Below the pieces are notes generated by a model. That model was not told the DNA's origin. It did not search any database and saw nothing but the letters and a program-made list of their open reading frames with translations. From Vicugna vicugna (Eukaryota), in NCBI GenBank assembly GCA_013265495.1, contig MU058645.1, forward strand, positions 496,001-560,000: a DNA stretch of 64,000 nucleotides. Reading direction: 5' to 3'. A program made the position numbers and the translations under genes. Shown piece after piece: positions 39,205 through 53,372 of the stretch (positions within the stretch are counted from its first letter, which is position 1; each line of letters starts with the position of its first letter).

Positions 39205-40124
39205 ATCAACTCATCTTTCAGAATTCAGAGATCATAATAAATTTTGATAGGTATTCCTAGCTTTGCAAGGAAGAAGTGTTTGCCAGACGGAAAACCCGAA
39301 GCACAAAAAAGCGACTTTTCCAATATCACACAAAAAAGTTTTCTTGTAAAGATTTCACTAAGAGCAGGAGGTCTGAGGCTGAAATTGGAGAAGTGGTAAC
39401 TTCTGTCACAGCAGAGCAGGTGCCCCCGGGGTTGCTGCTCCCCTTGCAGGGTCCACGGACCTCTTCTTTTGATGACAAGGCATCCTTCTGCTTTGCTGAG
39501 GCCCCGCGCCTGTCAGACTCCTGAAGAAAGTACAGCAGTCGGAGGTGCCAGGATGTGGAGATTCTGGGAGGCTGTGGGAACCAACCCAACCAGACTGCTG
39601 AACAAGTGCACACCCCCTAAACTGTTCCTTGAGAAAGTAGGGTTTCTCTTCACAGATGAATTAATATGCCTGCTTAATTACAGCCTATTTTTCTATAAAT
39701 ACAAGAAGCTAGGGAGGGCGTCTTTGGTGTTGGCAGGAAGGGCTTCTGAGCCCCCGTGTTCCATCCTGGGCTTCCTCCCGGCTGGGCGCCCAGGACGCAC
39801 CGAGGGGCATCCTGGTTCCATCCCACGTCCCCTCCCCCTAACGCTTCAATGTTTCTGCTGAAATCCCTCTATTTAAAGGTAAGATAATCAGCTTTTGTTC
39901 TATTGGCTTGGATCAAAGACAATCTCTGAGCAAAAAACAAAGCTCCCCTACGCTGGGGGCGGCCAGCCTCTGTGCTCGCTGGCAAAGAAAAGGACTGGGG
40001 TTTATTCCTTTTCCAGGGCTGGAAATTCTCATGCCCTGGAAACCCCAGCAGCAGAACCTAAGTGTTTCCCAAAGACAAACATCCTCATTATGCAGGGGAC
40101 AGGGCCTTGGCAGGCACCTCTAAA

Positions 40125-40450
40125 CCGCGCGGGCAATTTGGCACCAGCCTCTGCGAGGGAGCGCAGACGGTCCCCTTGTCCCGTCCGCCGGGCCGGGCTG
40201 GGGCGCCGCAGGCAGGAAGTGCTCTTTCAGCCCCACGGCCCCTCCGTCAAAGCCTCCTTTCTCAATTTAGAGCTTTCCTAATTGTATGATCTGCCTCCTC
40301 TAGAGAAATGGCCTGCCTGCTTCGCCCGCTGCCTTGCGGAGCGCCTGGCGCAGAGAAGGGGCCGGACGGAACAGCAGCGGCCCTGATGCGCGCGGGCCGA
40401 GGAAGCGTCCTGGCTGAAAGCAGCCAAGACTCAACAAGAGGAGGTACGTG
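40125..40450. promoter_or_regulatory. CpG-rich island-like element
   Basis: Two CpG-dense blocks (40125-40250, 40310-40410); GAG|gtacgt donor at 40444. Confidence 0.5.
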
Positions 40451-41349
40451 TACAGGTAGTGAGACCAGCAGAAACAGATTTAACTTTACCCAAAGCCATT
40501 GGAAAGGCGTGCTTCAAAAATCTCCGGAGTTTTTAACCTATTCCCCAAAAATATAAAATGAGAAAGCTAGTGGGATGATTTGGAGGCCTCAAGCTTTCCA
40601 GAGCATCTCTGACTTGTTTTAACTCTGTCCTTAAGTGAGAACTGAGTTACATCCCTTCCTTTTGAGTTAGAAGGAGCATGGAAGCCCTTTACCTGCCATC
40701 CCGGTGGCCTCTGAGCGACACCTTGTAGCCCCGCCCACTGGTCAGGTACCCTGCGCTTCCCCTGGAAGGATGGCGTGGGAATGCACAGGGCGGCTTTCGT
40801 GGCTCCCTTGCTCTCATGTCAAACGGAAAGACGGAGGAAGGGCTACAGAATCTCTTATGGAAAGGAGCATTGAAGTATTCTCACGTTGTAAATCATGTTC
40901 TACAAATCCACGCACTGCTGATTAGCACTTGAGGTGAGAGTTTTCTAAAATCATTTCCCGCGTCAGCTCCTCCTTATCAAGGGCAGCTGGGCCCTGCTGG
41001 TTACCAGACACGCTGAAGACCCTCATTCAGACCCTCCCAGTCACCAGCTCCTCTGAAGCTCCCTGATGGCTGCTGGCTCCTCCTCTCCAGGGGAGCCTCT
41101 GCTTTTCTTAAAGAAAACAAGTGCCCCATTCTGTGTCCTGCCTCATTTAAAAACGAGATTTAAAGGCTTCCTCTTCCGTTCAGCCCTGTGCTCCTCATTC
41201 AACTTCTGGCATCTGTTCCTTAGTTCAAACTGGGAACACAAAGGTTCTCCTCACTCTCTTAGAATCTTTTCACATATTTCCAGCTCCACTGAAAACAAGC
41301 AACCGATACCACATGCGTACATACAGATGTACATGCATACGTAAGTATA

Positions 41350-41425
41350 GAAGAGAGAGACAGACAGAGACAGAGAGACAAGGAAGCAGCAGAGACAGAC
41401 AGAGACAGACAGAGACAAAGAGAGA
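41350..41425. repeat. GA/CAGA-rich simple repeat
   Basis: agagagagacagacagagacagagagac seen directly. Confidence 0.85.
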
Positions 41426-41965
41426 GCCCCCTGACATGGGGCCCGTTTCTATAAAAAATGATCACGTTCCTGATAGCTTAACTTCCCTGTTTTACCAAAT
41501 GATCATTATATTTGCCAAATGATTGTAAATGTCGTATCTAATTAAACCTAGGCAACAGCTCACAGGTTGTACAGTAAGAATTCTACGACTTTAAGTTTTT
41601 TTTAGTAAGCATAAATCACTTTATTAAAATATTATTTTAAAACCATATAAAATAGACTCATTAGAGTTGTATACATTCTCAATGAGTACTATGTTCCAAA
41701 CTTCATAGGAAAAGTTCTAAACTTTTCCCTCATTAATTTCTGCATGGTTTTTAGTCAAAACAGAACAGTTGAAAAACAGCAGCTTCACCAGGGTCATGAT
41801 GAACATTTTGGATGAAATGTTTAGCAAACTGTAAAAACATTTTATGGACTGTTAGAACGCCTCAAATGATATATGGTTAGGAAATCGACCCAGATCTTTT
41901 GATTTCACTGCCTTTTTTACCTTCTGTGGCAAACACAGGACCTGGTTGCTCAGTTTTTGACTTAC

Positions 41966-42064
41966 CTGTTATAATCAAGGCTGGAACACATCTGCTAAGA
42001 TTTAACCAGAGTATGTATTTAACCACAGCAGGATGAGCTCTATCAGTTAGATGAATAAGAACGT
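41966..42064 (-). other. Candidate exon (99 nt, phase 1 to 1; VLIHLTDRAHPAVVKYILWLNLSRCVPALIIT)
   Basis: Perfect CAG|gtaagt donor at 41965; three alternative AGs after cttcttctcat; open frame. Confidence 0.2.
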
Positions 42065-42429
42065 CTGAGTGCCTGAGACTATGAGAAGAAGTCGATGTAA
42101 TCTGAGGGCACACTGTACTCCTGGCCCACGCTACCAGTTATCTTCCCAATATAGACGTGCAGGCAGACGAACAGATACACTGCTCTGCTCTGGTTCTTTT
42201 TGGTCAGTCCTGACCTTGTCACCAGATTTTCAAGAAGTAAAATTAGCAACACTTCTTGAAACTGAAATATTTCTATTTTCTCGGAATGGTCAAAGCACCA
42301 CCAACAGACCTCGAATTCAATTCCATTCCTTCTCGATTACAGAAAATTCCTCTCCTTCTCCAACCTAGTATATGTGCAGTGAATGAAGAGACAGCAAAGA
42401 GAAATTCATTTTTAATTCGGAAAGGTTAG

Positions 42430-43000
42430 GATAAACAAATGAGCAAGGGAACAGAGCTCATGTACAGGTGTCTGATTTAAAACAAAGGCACTTCTGCAGG
42501 GCAGTGAGGTGAGGGAGTTCTCTTCGACAAATAATGCTGGGTCCCAGGGCTAACTGCCCTGGAGGACAAAGTGAATTTGAACATAACACCCCAAAATCAA
42601 TTTCTGGTAGATTTCAGATCTACCTGGGAGAGGTAAACAATAAAGCTTTTAGGGAAAAATACAGAGGGAGCTTTTTGTGGCATTGAACTAGGAAAAGATT
42701 TTTTAAATGATGCAAAAGTAGTAACAATAGAAGAAAAGTTGATAAATCATTTCATGTTAAAATTAAGAACCTCCCTTCCTCAAAAGACACCACTATAAAA
42801 GTGAAAATTCACACTCACAATACAAATGTTCGACAAAGGTTTTGCACCTAAAATATACAAAGAGTTTCTGCAAATCAATTTAAAAAGCAAAGATACTGGC
42901 TGCCCAATAGAAAAAATAGAAAAAGAATCAAGCAAATTCTTCACAAGCGAGGGTATCCAAATGGCCAACAAGCAAATGAAAAGGTCGTCAACTTTATCAA
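42430..43000 (+). mobile_element. L1ME-like ORF2 3' fragment
   Basis: tcttcgacaaataatgctgg...ttcacaagcgagggtatccaaatggccaacaagcaaatgaaaagg. Confidence 0.8.
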
Positions 43001-43460
43001 TGTTGATGAAAAATTAATCAATAGTCAATCAATGAAAGAAATGGAAATTTTTATTTGAGCCAAACTGAGGATTATAACCCTAGAGACAGTCTCTTAGGGA
43101 CCTCTGAGAACTGTCCCATAGAGGGAAAGGGGAGGCCAGAATAGATGTGATTTTGATCAAGGGGGTCCATTCAATCAAGCGCACATCTCAGTAGAAGGTA
43201 GATGCAAGCCACAAGAAACAGATATTTTAGTGCTTTTCTAAGTATGAGAAGATGCAAGAATCCAGGTTGATGGGAAATTTCTCCTAAGACTATCTAACAA
43301 TCTGAGGACTGGTTCTGCCGGTTTCCCCAGAGGACAGAAACCTCATCCTGACCTTCACCCTGAATTCCTTTCAGCACATGCTACTGTAGGTCAGCGACTG
43401 CAGTGGATAATGACTAGATTCTTGAAGAACTGGTTGGTGGGCAATATTCTTTATTTTGCA
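43001..43460 (-). mobile_element. ERV 3' LTR
   Basis: Minus strand starts TGCAAAATAAAG (43460), ends TCAACA (43001), AATAAA ~50 nt from the end; directly preceded by a polypurine tract. Confidence 0.75.
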
Positions 43461-44240
43461 ATCCCTTCCCTTTAGGTCTTAATTTCGATCAAGGTTTGGG
43501 AGGCGTTTCTTGACCAGTTTGTCCCAAGGCACCAGCACTGCTCACTCCTGGGTCGGGGAGGACTGTATGATAAGCCGCTCCATGTGCTGTTACTGACTCA
43601 ACCCTGCTACCAGCAGTCAAACACCTCCAAGCCGCCTATCTTGCTGGTCTGTAACGATCCAGGACATGGTTTTCTCCCGTTGCTTCTTCCCAAATCTCCA
43701 GTTACACCATCACAATCATGGGTCTTACAGGACTGTCTATTTGATCAATCCTTTCAAGTCTTCTAATCACCATTCATTTGATCTGCGGCTCAGCCGCACG
43801 TCTGGTGATGCAAGAAGCAATAAGCGTGTAACACAGGCAGAGTGCAAGTAACACAGCTGGGAGCGTGAATAAGGTCGTAGGTAATATTTAAGCTAAGAAC
43901 TTGCACGAGGTTCGGCCCAGGGTCTCCCCAGCTCACCTGACTTAGCCTGTTCTCCATCAGTCACCATCTTGAAGGGAAGTGATGCACTGGCCTTGTACAT
44001 GAAGTTCAGCAGAGATGTCTGCATGTACACGGTTAGTGGTGGGTGACCGTGACCCCTTACAGGACGGAGACAGGAGCATCACCTTCTAAGGAGCTACATG
44101 GCCGGCCCCAGAAGGAGGAAGATTGGTTTTGATGGTTGAGCAGACGTTTCTGCCGCTGGGGAGGTTTGGTTAACTCCTAACGCGGCCAACAGTGCACACA
44201 GTGGGGAGGGGGGCGGCCCACATGGCCAGAGAAAATGTTT
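43461..44240 (-). mobile_element. ERV internal 3' remnant (PPT + env C-terminus-like)
   Basis: PPT AAAGGGAAGGGAT at 43473-43461; upstream minus frame LCLCYTLIASCITRRAAEPQIK*MVIRRLERIDQ resembles an env TM/tail; far boundary uncertain. Confidence 0.6.
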
Positions 44241-47200
44241 TATGGTTAAATTTTTCTTGTCTTGCCTTAACATGGGAATTTTTATTTTATCAACTTTCAA
44301 GTGATAATTGATGCATGGAAAATCAAAATATTACAATTTGACGTGGGACCCGTGAGGATATTATCCATGGTGACATTTTGTAAAACCTGGAAGGAGCAGG
44401 ATGAAATCTCATTGTTCAGAAGCAAGTGCTCAATAGTACATCATCCAAGTCAAAATGCACTAACACAAAACGCACATCAGAAAGGGATGTTCCCTTTTAA
44501 ATAAAATCGTCTGAATCGATTCCAAACATACACATTTTAGATATTCCAAACTTTCCGTAAATCTCGTATCCATGCTAGAATTCTCACCAACTAAGCACAT
44601 TATAAATTTGGATCACTTTTTCTGTGAAATATACAATAAATCATATCAAGTCCACATAAAACGGTGTTCAAATATCATGAATGACCTTTATGATGTCTAG
44701 TATCTTAGTGTGAGATTTTATACGCTATAACTCCATTTCTCCTCAATACATTAATTTTTGAGTCCGTGTTATATGTCCTTGGAACAGGTTATTTTTTTAA
44801 ATGTCTTTTTCAAAGTTTTGTGAGCCTTTAGAAATATGACTCAATTCATAATTGAATTAAATTATTCATTCATGATTTTTAAGAACTATTACGTTGAAAA
44901 AGTTACAATTAAACCAGGTTTGAGTGTTTACTTCTATTGTTTTAATATTATTCTTAGAATGTGGGTGCAAAATATAAATGTTCCATTTTCACTTTCCTGA
45001 GTGCCCTCTGAAGAACTCACCCACTAAGAATGACCCATGTAAGATTGTGAATTTAAGGGCACCATGGATAGTTCTGCACTATGTAAGGTCACGGAGTTAA
45101 GAGGGTTCCAAACGAAAGCTGCTTTGTGAAATTCTTCTCAATTAGGGATATTGGCATTAGGGCAAGCAGCTCTTTTGAGCACCTATACTGACATTTCACA
45201 TTTGGAGATGAAGAAAAATTCACTTACCTCATTTTATTTTCCAGTTTTACTTATGTTTGATGTTATTATGTTGATATTTATTTTTACAAAGCATTGTTTT
45301 AGAAAGAGCTCTGAAATATGCTAGGAGGTTTGGAGAGGCTAAGAGATAGAAATGATAAAAGTTTGGCCATCACTGAAGTAGGGTCTGGAGTTAAATGTTG
45401 AAATGCTTCCAAGAGAAAGCAAATCTGAGGCTTTTTTTTTTTTAAGTTCAATTAACTTATTTCTGCAGTAGGAAAGAATCAAGACTTGGTTGAAAGACCT
45501 CACATGAGATGCAACTCTTATGACAGAAGAGGCATTTTATTCTCCCAGGCCCTCAGCACACTCGTCTCGGGGTTAGCCTGCTCTTCCCTTCAAGTCACCG
45601 TTTAGTCACCACCAGACAGCGGAAAAAACTAAAAGAACTGCATTGTCTTCAGGGCACCCTACCTTCCCTTCCAGGGTGTTTTTGTTTTGTTTTGCTTTAT
45701 TGGTTTTAAGCCAGAGTTGACTAAACAGATACTCTCTTAGAACTTCAAAACACACAGTGGGCCAGGAACTGTGCAAATTATTTCAGGCTTCACCGCCCTT
45801 ACTCTCCCATCATCACTTCAGGCAGTGTTCTTGTTAATGGCAATGGTTTTTCTGACCTTCTCCCATCAAATCAAGTTTTGCTCGCCCTGATCGTACCTCA
45901 GAAAAACACGAGGGTAATTACTTCTTCCCTCTGGAGTCATGTGCCTCTACTTCCTGTAAGTCACACCCGATGACAAGTTTTGATCCTTGACGGCGTAAGA
46001 CCATGCCAACCTTCCCTCTGAGTCTGTGTATCTAAAAAAATCAGTTCTTTATTGCTTACATTTTACTCTTATAACTAATTCTCATAAGACTTAAAATTCA
46101 GAGGCATTTTTCAAAATAACTGTAAACACCAATCTCAGGTAAGAGCAGGTGGCTTCATAACACCTTAACAGGCTTTCTGCGCATCTGCCAGAGAACAGCT
46201 TTGACAAAATAAAATTGCTTTTCTTATCTGAAGCTGTCTGCGGCGCTGGAACACAGTGCGGCAGCGTGTGCTTCTACCTGTGATGAAGACTTTTACAGGT
46301 TGCCGTCAAATCATTCCCATATCAAAAATGATAGCCTTGCTCGTCATGGAATTCTTCAGAGAGAAGCTATCTAAATGAAGCTACTGCTGTCTGCTACAAT
46401 TATTGACCCAAGCGAGGTGCTCTGCTTCTGATCTTTAACCAAACAACTCACTTGTTAGCCATGTTACTTACCATCTTCACACTCCATAATACTATTTATA
46501 TTACCCAGGTTGAGGAATAATTAAGTCATACATGTAAAAGTCTTAGCCTGACTGTAGCAAGGCCTCGACAATATCAGTATTAGTGTTGTTACCGCCATAT
46601 ACACATCATAGAATCTCATATAATGAAATGAAAGTCGGGCAAAAATAAGATCTGTAGGTTGACTCTAGCACCAAAACAATAATGTAACCATTTTTACATT
46701 GCTTTCGAAATTCCACAAAACCTTGTGTTTCCTTTTCTTTTTCCCTTTAGGGACAGAAAAATAAAAATGTTAAAGCTGAAATAAGCTAAGGAACGCACAT
46801 TTTAACCTTTGCTGGATACTCAGTGGATGGGAAATAATTGTCTCAGTTTTAAGAAGCCAGAAAATTTTCCTTTGACCTGCAAAACACACACTAGTTCTGC
46901 CTGCGTCTTGTTGCAGTGGCTTCCCGCTCCGCCCGCCTTCTGTGCTTCTCCATCACACCCAGACTGCCATCCATCTTCTTCTCTAACACACAGAAGAGAC
47001 AAAAAACAGCACAGAAAATTGCAAATTCTTTCTAGAGCCAGTTTGAAATTTTCCAAAAACATTTTTAACTGCTTTAAATATTAGCCAAATGTCTTTATGG
47101 CATTCTTCAGTCTGACAAAATGTGAAAAGACAGAGTCGACGGGGCTAAGTTTGAAGGCTGAGCACCCATCGGGGCTTCCTCACACCCCAGGCGTCTGGCA

Positions 47201-47559
47201 GTGTCGAACTGAACACTCTTTTGTCAGAACAAAGTCCAGTTTCAAATGTCATGATGAAAGGCTCTGCTTTTGTCTCTTTTGCCTGAATCATTTCACTCAA
47301 CTTGGACTGATTTTATGCTTGTCCATCCTCCTTAACAAATGAAATGCTGAGATTCTTCTTATGTTAAAGACACGGGTTTTATAATAATGAACTGAGGGAG
47401 GCTTTGGGTAGTCAGCCAGCTTATGAGGCACTGTCAAGCAGACTCCTGAAGCCAGCGTGCTGGGACGAAAACCCTTGAACATAGAAAAGGTTTTTTGTTA
47501 TTGTTGCTGCTGTTTTTGTTTTAGGCAGAGAAGGTTACAAATTCCCATCAAGAAGGAGA

Positions 47560-47795
47560 ACAGGGCGCAGCGGTGAGGAACACAGAATTCAGCACCAAGC
47601 CGCCCAGATGACTAGGGGGCGACCTTGTGCAGGGGGCGACCTTGTGCAAGCGGCGACCTGCCTGTGCCTCAGCTTTCTTCCCTGTGAGGTGGCGACCGTG
47701 TTGTTACCCGCCCCACAGGTTGGAGGAAGGATTAAAGGTACTTAGCATAGTGCCTGGTGCATGATGAGCACTGTAGTAAGTGGCAGCCATTGTTA
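47560..47795 (+). mobile_element. MIR with internal 17-bp tandem duplication
   Basis: gcctcagctttcttccctgtga...cttagcatagtgcctgg; gggggcgaccttgtgca twice plus a partial third. Confidence 0.7.
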
Positions 47796-48239
47796 CTACT
47801 TGGAAGCGCATGCAGTGTGCCGCAAACTGATGTTGACATACGAAGACTCTTCCTTTTGAGTTCACTGAGGTGAGCGCAGGCACAGAAGCACCTCAGTCCC
47901 CAGGCAACGATATTCAAATTCAGAAAGCTGGTCACCCAGTGCTTCATTTCCCCGTCGTGTGTCTCATGACACAGAATCCAGTACCAGTGCAGACATCCCA
48001 GGAGCAGCAAGTTGATTTTCTGAAGAAGACACTGTTCCTCTCTCGGGCTACCTGGTGGCTCACCTGCAGAGGAAGGTGACACTGGCTTCCATGTGAGCTG
48101 GATACTCGTTTTAGAGAAAGCCAGAATCTACAGATTCATCTATAGAGTTGACAACATTATTGGATCTTCAAACACATGAATGTGACAGAGTCCTTCATTT
48201 TTCACCTTCATTCTTCTGGATTTCTTCATTCCTTCTTAA

Positions 48240-51200
48240 TTTCTCACAATGATATTTTTACATTGTCAGTGCCGAGCTCTTTCATGCCTTTCATTAGCTA
48301 TAATTCTAATTTGACTTTTTGAATGGCATTTTAAATAGTATCACTTAAAATTTTTCAGTATTGCTGGCATATGTAAAAAATTGAATTTTGTATAGTGACA
48401 TCGTATCTGGCCACCTTATTAAGTTTATTTTTTAAAATTCTAATAATTTACCTGCTCCATTTTTATGGCTTTTTTTTTCTTGCCTTATTCCAATGGAAGA
48501 CCCCCAATGCAATTTTAAATGCAACTGACCCTGGAGATGTCTTTTTGGGAAGTTTTAAATCACATATTCAATTTAATTAGTACATAAATTATTCAATACA
48601 AATTTGATTTATTCTTCTTTCAGCCTTGGTAATTTATGTTTCCTAGGAATTTATTTCATCTAAATTTTCAAGTTTACTAACATAAACTTTGTTTATTATA
48701 TCCTCTTAGCATTTTAAAAAAATCTGATGTATAGTGTTGTACCATGTTTGCTTCCCAACACTGGTAACTTGCATATTTATTAGCTTTTTTTAACAGAGGT
48801 CCGTACATTGTTTTGGTCTTTTGGTTTGTTTACTTTCTCTACTGTAGTTATATTCTTTATTTTGTTAATTTTTTTCTTAACTTATTTTTTCCTTCTATTT
48901 TATTCACGAATAATTTGCTGTCCTTTTTTTAAATTTTTGAAGATGGATACTTATAGCATAAATATTTAGACTGTTTTCTAATACATGTTTTAAGACTATA
49001 AAAATTCCTTTTAAGCATCACATATCCACATCTTAAAAGTTATTATGTGCATTTTTTTTCAGTACTCCTCTCAAAATACTTTCAAATTTTTATTAAGTAT
49101 TTTGCCCATCACTTATTTAGCAAATTACTGTCTAATCTCAGGATTTTAATTGGGGATTTTATTATTTTTTTACTGTTGATTTATAACTTAAGTCCATTGT
49201 GGTTGAAGAACATGTTCTGAGTGATTTCAATAATCTGAAGTCAGAAACCATGCTTTACAACCCAATAATAGGTTATTTTTAATAAATGCCCCTTCTCAAA
49301 AATGTTTGAAGGCTTAGTGTCACATACATTTTCACTTGTAGTTTGTTAATTACATTGGACTGAACTGGTACATTCATACTGATCTTTTTTAGGTATACAG
49401 ACTGCTTTGAAATAGATGTGATAATATTTCTATTATAATTGTGGCTTTGTCTCACCTGACTCTGAATTCTATCAATTTCTGCCCTATGTATTTTGAAGCT
49501 ACGTTTTAGGGAGCACAAGGATTTCAAATGTGTATATTTTCCTGATGGACTCATCCCACTACGATCTGTAATCATGCTTCTTGCCTCAGATTCTCCTCTC
49601 CGAGACTAGTGTAGCTAAATCAACTTTATTTGGATTAGTTTTAATGATATGTCATTTCCATTGTGGAGAAACTTTTTCTGTTTCTATATTTTAATTCTGT
49701 GTCTCATAAATAGTATATAAGGTAGTTTGTTTATTTTACATAATGTAACATCCTAGTCTTGGTGCATTCATGTTTATTAAAATTATTGATATATTTGGCT
49801 TGAAATTTTTCATCTTCTAATTTGCTTTTTAATTGTTTCAATGTTCTTTGTTCCTTTTCATGTCTTATCTTCTTTGCATATGCTAAACTTCTTTTTCATT
49901 GAATTTTTTGTATTAGGCTACATGGTATTTCATTGTATTAGTCTATATCTCATTTACATTATCACACATTGTTACTATACTTTTAGTGACCACACATTGT
50001 TACTATACTTTTAGTGACCACTCTTCGGTACTTGCCTTAATATAGTCCAATAGATACTCTGTTACCACTTTCAGACAGCGATTGTTCCTTGGAACAGTTT
50101 ACCCCATTTATTCCTTCTCCTACTTAAAAAAAAGTCATTCTGTTTAACTATACTTACATATTATAAAAGATAAAAAGAGAGAACATTTGTAGCCCAGTTT
50201 CATTAATATTATTTTTTATATATCCACACATTATCCTATTCTCTGCTGTTTATTCATCTCTACATTTCTGTTTCCTTCTGTGAACATTTTCCCCTCCTGG
50301 AGCATTCCTGCAGTTATTTATTTGTTGGAATTTTAATTATTTTTTTATTGTTTGATTTTTGTGAGTACTTGTTTATTTAAAAAATATTTCACTTTAATTT
50401 TGGTGGAAATAGAATCATAAATTGGTAGTTATTGCCTCTCAGCACTTTAAAAATGCCTTTCCATCTTTTAATCACTTCTATTATTTTTATCAAAAAGTCA
50501 ACTGTTAATTTTTGCTCCTTTGAAATGAATATATTGTTTCCTCCCTCTTGGCCACATTTAAAATTCTCTCTCTCCCTCTCCTATTAGTCCAGCTTCAGAT
50601 AAACGAATTTTGTTGAATCTGTGACTTTCATAGGTTTAGAACATTCATCATAACTAAATATTTCTCCTGTCTCATCATCTCTACTCTCTTTGGTACCCCA
50701 AGTAAATGGATGTTGGACATTGTTCCACTATATCCCATGTCTTTTATATCCTTTTCTATATCGTGGATCTTTTTTATTTGGAGCCTACTTTAATACATAT
50801 ATTTTCTATTGACTCATCTTTTGCTTTACTATTCCTGTCCTAATTTAATTTGCATCAAATGCAGTTATTCCCAACTTAATTCCAAGTTATTTTTCATGTA
50901 TTGAAAGTCCTTATTTTGTAAGATTGAAATTTTCTGGTACAGTAGTACATATTTTTATATATCACCTTCATCATTTCCCTCTGGTTTATGAAATAAATTA
51001 AACGTAGTTACTTTGAAGTTATTGTCTGCCAATTCTAAAGTCTGAATTACCTGTACATCTGTTTTCGCTTGCTTTATTTTATTTCTCTTCATTTTTAATA
51101 ATTTAGTCTTCTTCCTTGGCATGACTGGTAATACTTGATGATCTTTGTGACACTGTGTATAAAATTTGTAGTAGCACAGAATTATATTTTCTTTCACACA

Positions 51201-51860
51201 GCTTCCCCCTTCTCTCTGGCAAACAGAAGAAGGTGAATTACCTTAATCTAATCAATAACTAAGTGGATGAGCATCAGGGCTACCCTTTTGCAAGATTCTC
51301 CTCAGTCTGATTTTTCCTCTCCGATTTTAGGGCACAGCCTTGCAGGAACCCTAAAGGTCACGGGTGCTGACCATGGCTGCTCCCCGCCTGGCGGGTCTTG
51401 ATGGCTAATACTTATTTTCGGGGAACTACAGGACTGTGGGAAACTCTGTTCCAGGTTTAGAGATGTCTTAGTCCCTCCTGAGTGTGGCTTTGGTCATAGG
51501 GAAAACAGGCCAATTGCCAGGCTCTCTGACCCTTTAGTCATAGTAGGATCCTGGAACCTCATATACCTGTTTTTTTTCCTCCCAAACATCGTAAAATTGC
51601 CGAAGTCTTGGCCTGTTTCTTTGTTTCCTCGTTTCCACCTTCTGCCACGGCAGCCTGGATTCTCACAAACGTCTCTGACACTGTAGTCAGCAGATGCCTC
51701 AAGGAAACCTGTGGGCGTGAGATGCCACCTCCCCGGCCTGGCTGACTGGAGGCTCCCAAATTCCTTCACGTGGGGAGCGCTGTGTTTTATTTGATTTTCC
51801 TACTTAGTGGAAACTGCAGCCTGTGACAAGCCCCCCGTCTGAGTCAGAAGTGGAAGTCCA
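48240..51860 (-). mobile_element. Long degraded L1M element (ORF2/ORF1/5' region)
   Basis: Extended T-rich antisense L1 (ttgtggttgaagaacatgttctgagtgatttcaa; tttctgccctatgtattttgaagct; ctctcagcactttaaaaatgccttccat). Confidence 0.8.
49963..50018. repeat. Perfect 28-bp tandem duplication
   Basis: cacacattgttactatacttttagtgac at 49963-49990 and 49991-50018. Confidence 0.95.
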
Positions 51861-53062
51861 AGTTGCAAACTTTTTTTGAAAATCTGGGACTTATGTGGTG
51901 AAACTGGGCCACAAGCAGAGAACAGTGTCACCTCAACGTGAGAACATCAGTGGCTGCACATTTGTTTTAGTAAAAACAGTCCCTTTCTGCTTAGCCACGG
52001 TTCATCTTTGTTAAAGTCTCCGCTCAGGGCGAGAACGCAGCTGAAGCCGTAAAGGACATGAGTGGCGGGACGGGGCCCGTCTCTTGTTAACCTTCGTTTC
52101 TCCACATAAACAGTACTTGGAGTCTTATGTTTATTAGGCTAGGTGAATTTTAAACTTTTAAACTCATTTTACAAAGTGTATTACTTTCAGGGAATGAACA
52201 CACGTGACATTGAACAAAGCTCCCAAAAGGTTGTTAAATGAGCATAAAACTTCAAAGAAAAGCAGCAAGAATCAACGGATGTTAGATCAATTGAGGGGAC
52301 AGAGCTGGACCTCTGATCTGCATCATCTACCGGGGAGCTAACTTGAAAAGGGTGTGTTTGAAACAGCATCTCAACTAGTCAAAACTAAAGACTGAATGGG
52401 TTTAATACTGAAGAAGATTGTCTGTGCACAATGATCAGTTTCTCCCCCGAGATGCTGCCCAAGGTCAGAGAAGCTGTGCACAAGAGGATGTGCCCTTATG
52501 AGAACACTGGTATTAGCACACATAACCCACAGCAACACAGGACTAATTTTCAACGTGTCGTAATTAGAAACTACAGTTTGTACTGGGCACATTCCGTTAG
52601 TCAACACAACTCTCTTTTGTCCCTGCTCAGGCAGTCTCTCGTGACCAGGATGCCTACCAACCAGTGCAGGAGACTTTTAATTAAAGCTGCAGATTGTAAC
52701 AATTGTGCAATGAAATATTAGTGGCATTAAACCCCATGAAGTCCCTGAGCATGCCCACATTTAATAAATGTAAGCAACCATTCACGGCAAGCCCAGGATT
52801 AAGTTACACAGGGCGATTTCACAGATTATTCACCCTGCCCACGCTGACAGTCACAGGGGTACCGTCTTCTGAGATGGAGTGGTGGCCAGAGAACATCCAA
52901 CCTCAGGAACACCATCAGCATCACGGAACACCTGAATTCAGAGCAGAGCGGTAACCAATTATCTACCCTGTACACGTGCATCTGGATGAAGAGAAAGCTA
53001 GTGGTCCATTGGAAGGAGGCAGAGGAGGAGAAAGGCCTTTAGTTTCCAGGCATGTCTCAAGA

Positions 53063-53372
53063 AGCGATGCCCAACTCAAATGTAATGTGAGGCAAAAATA
53101 TAATTTTAAACTTTTAGTAGCCACATTATAAAGTAAAAGAAAAAAAAAAGTAAAATCAGTGTCAGTAATGTGTTTTAACCCAGCATGTCAAAAGTGCTTT
53201 CATTTCAACGTATATTCAAGAACAAAAGTATTGATGTATTTTACATTATTTCTTTATACCAAGTTTTTTTAAAGGGGGTGAATTCACACTGATAGCACAT
53301 CTCAGTTTGGACCAGCCACACGCCAGGAGCTCCAAGGCCACGCTTGGTTAGTATCTACCATACTAAACAGCA
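53063..53372. mobile_element. MER33-like hAT-Charlie MITE
   Basis: taattttaaacttttagtagccacatta...tagcacatctcagtttggaccagccacac. Confidence 0.85.
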
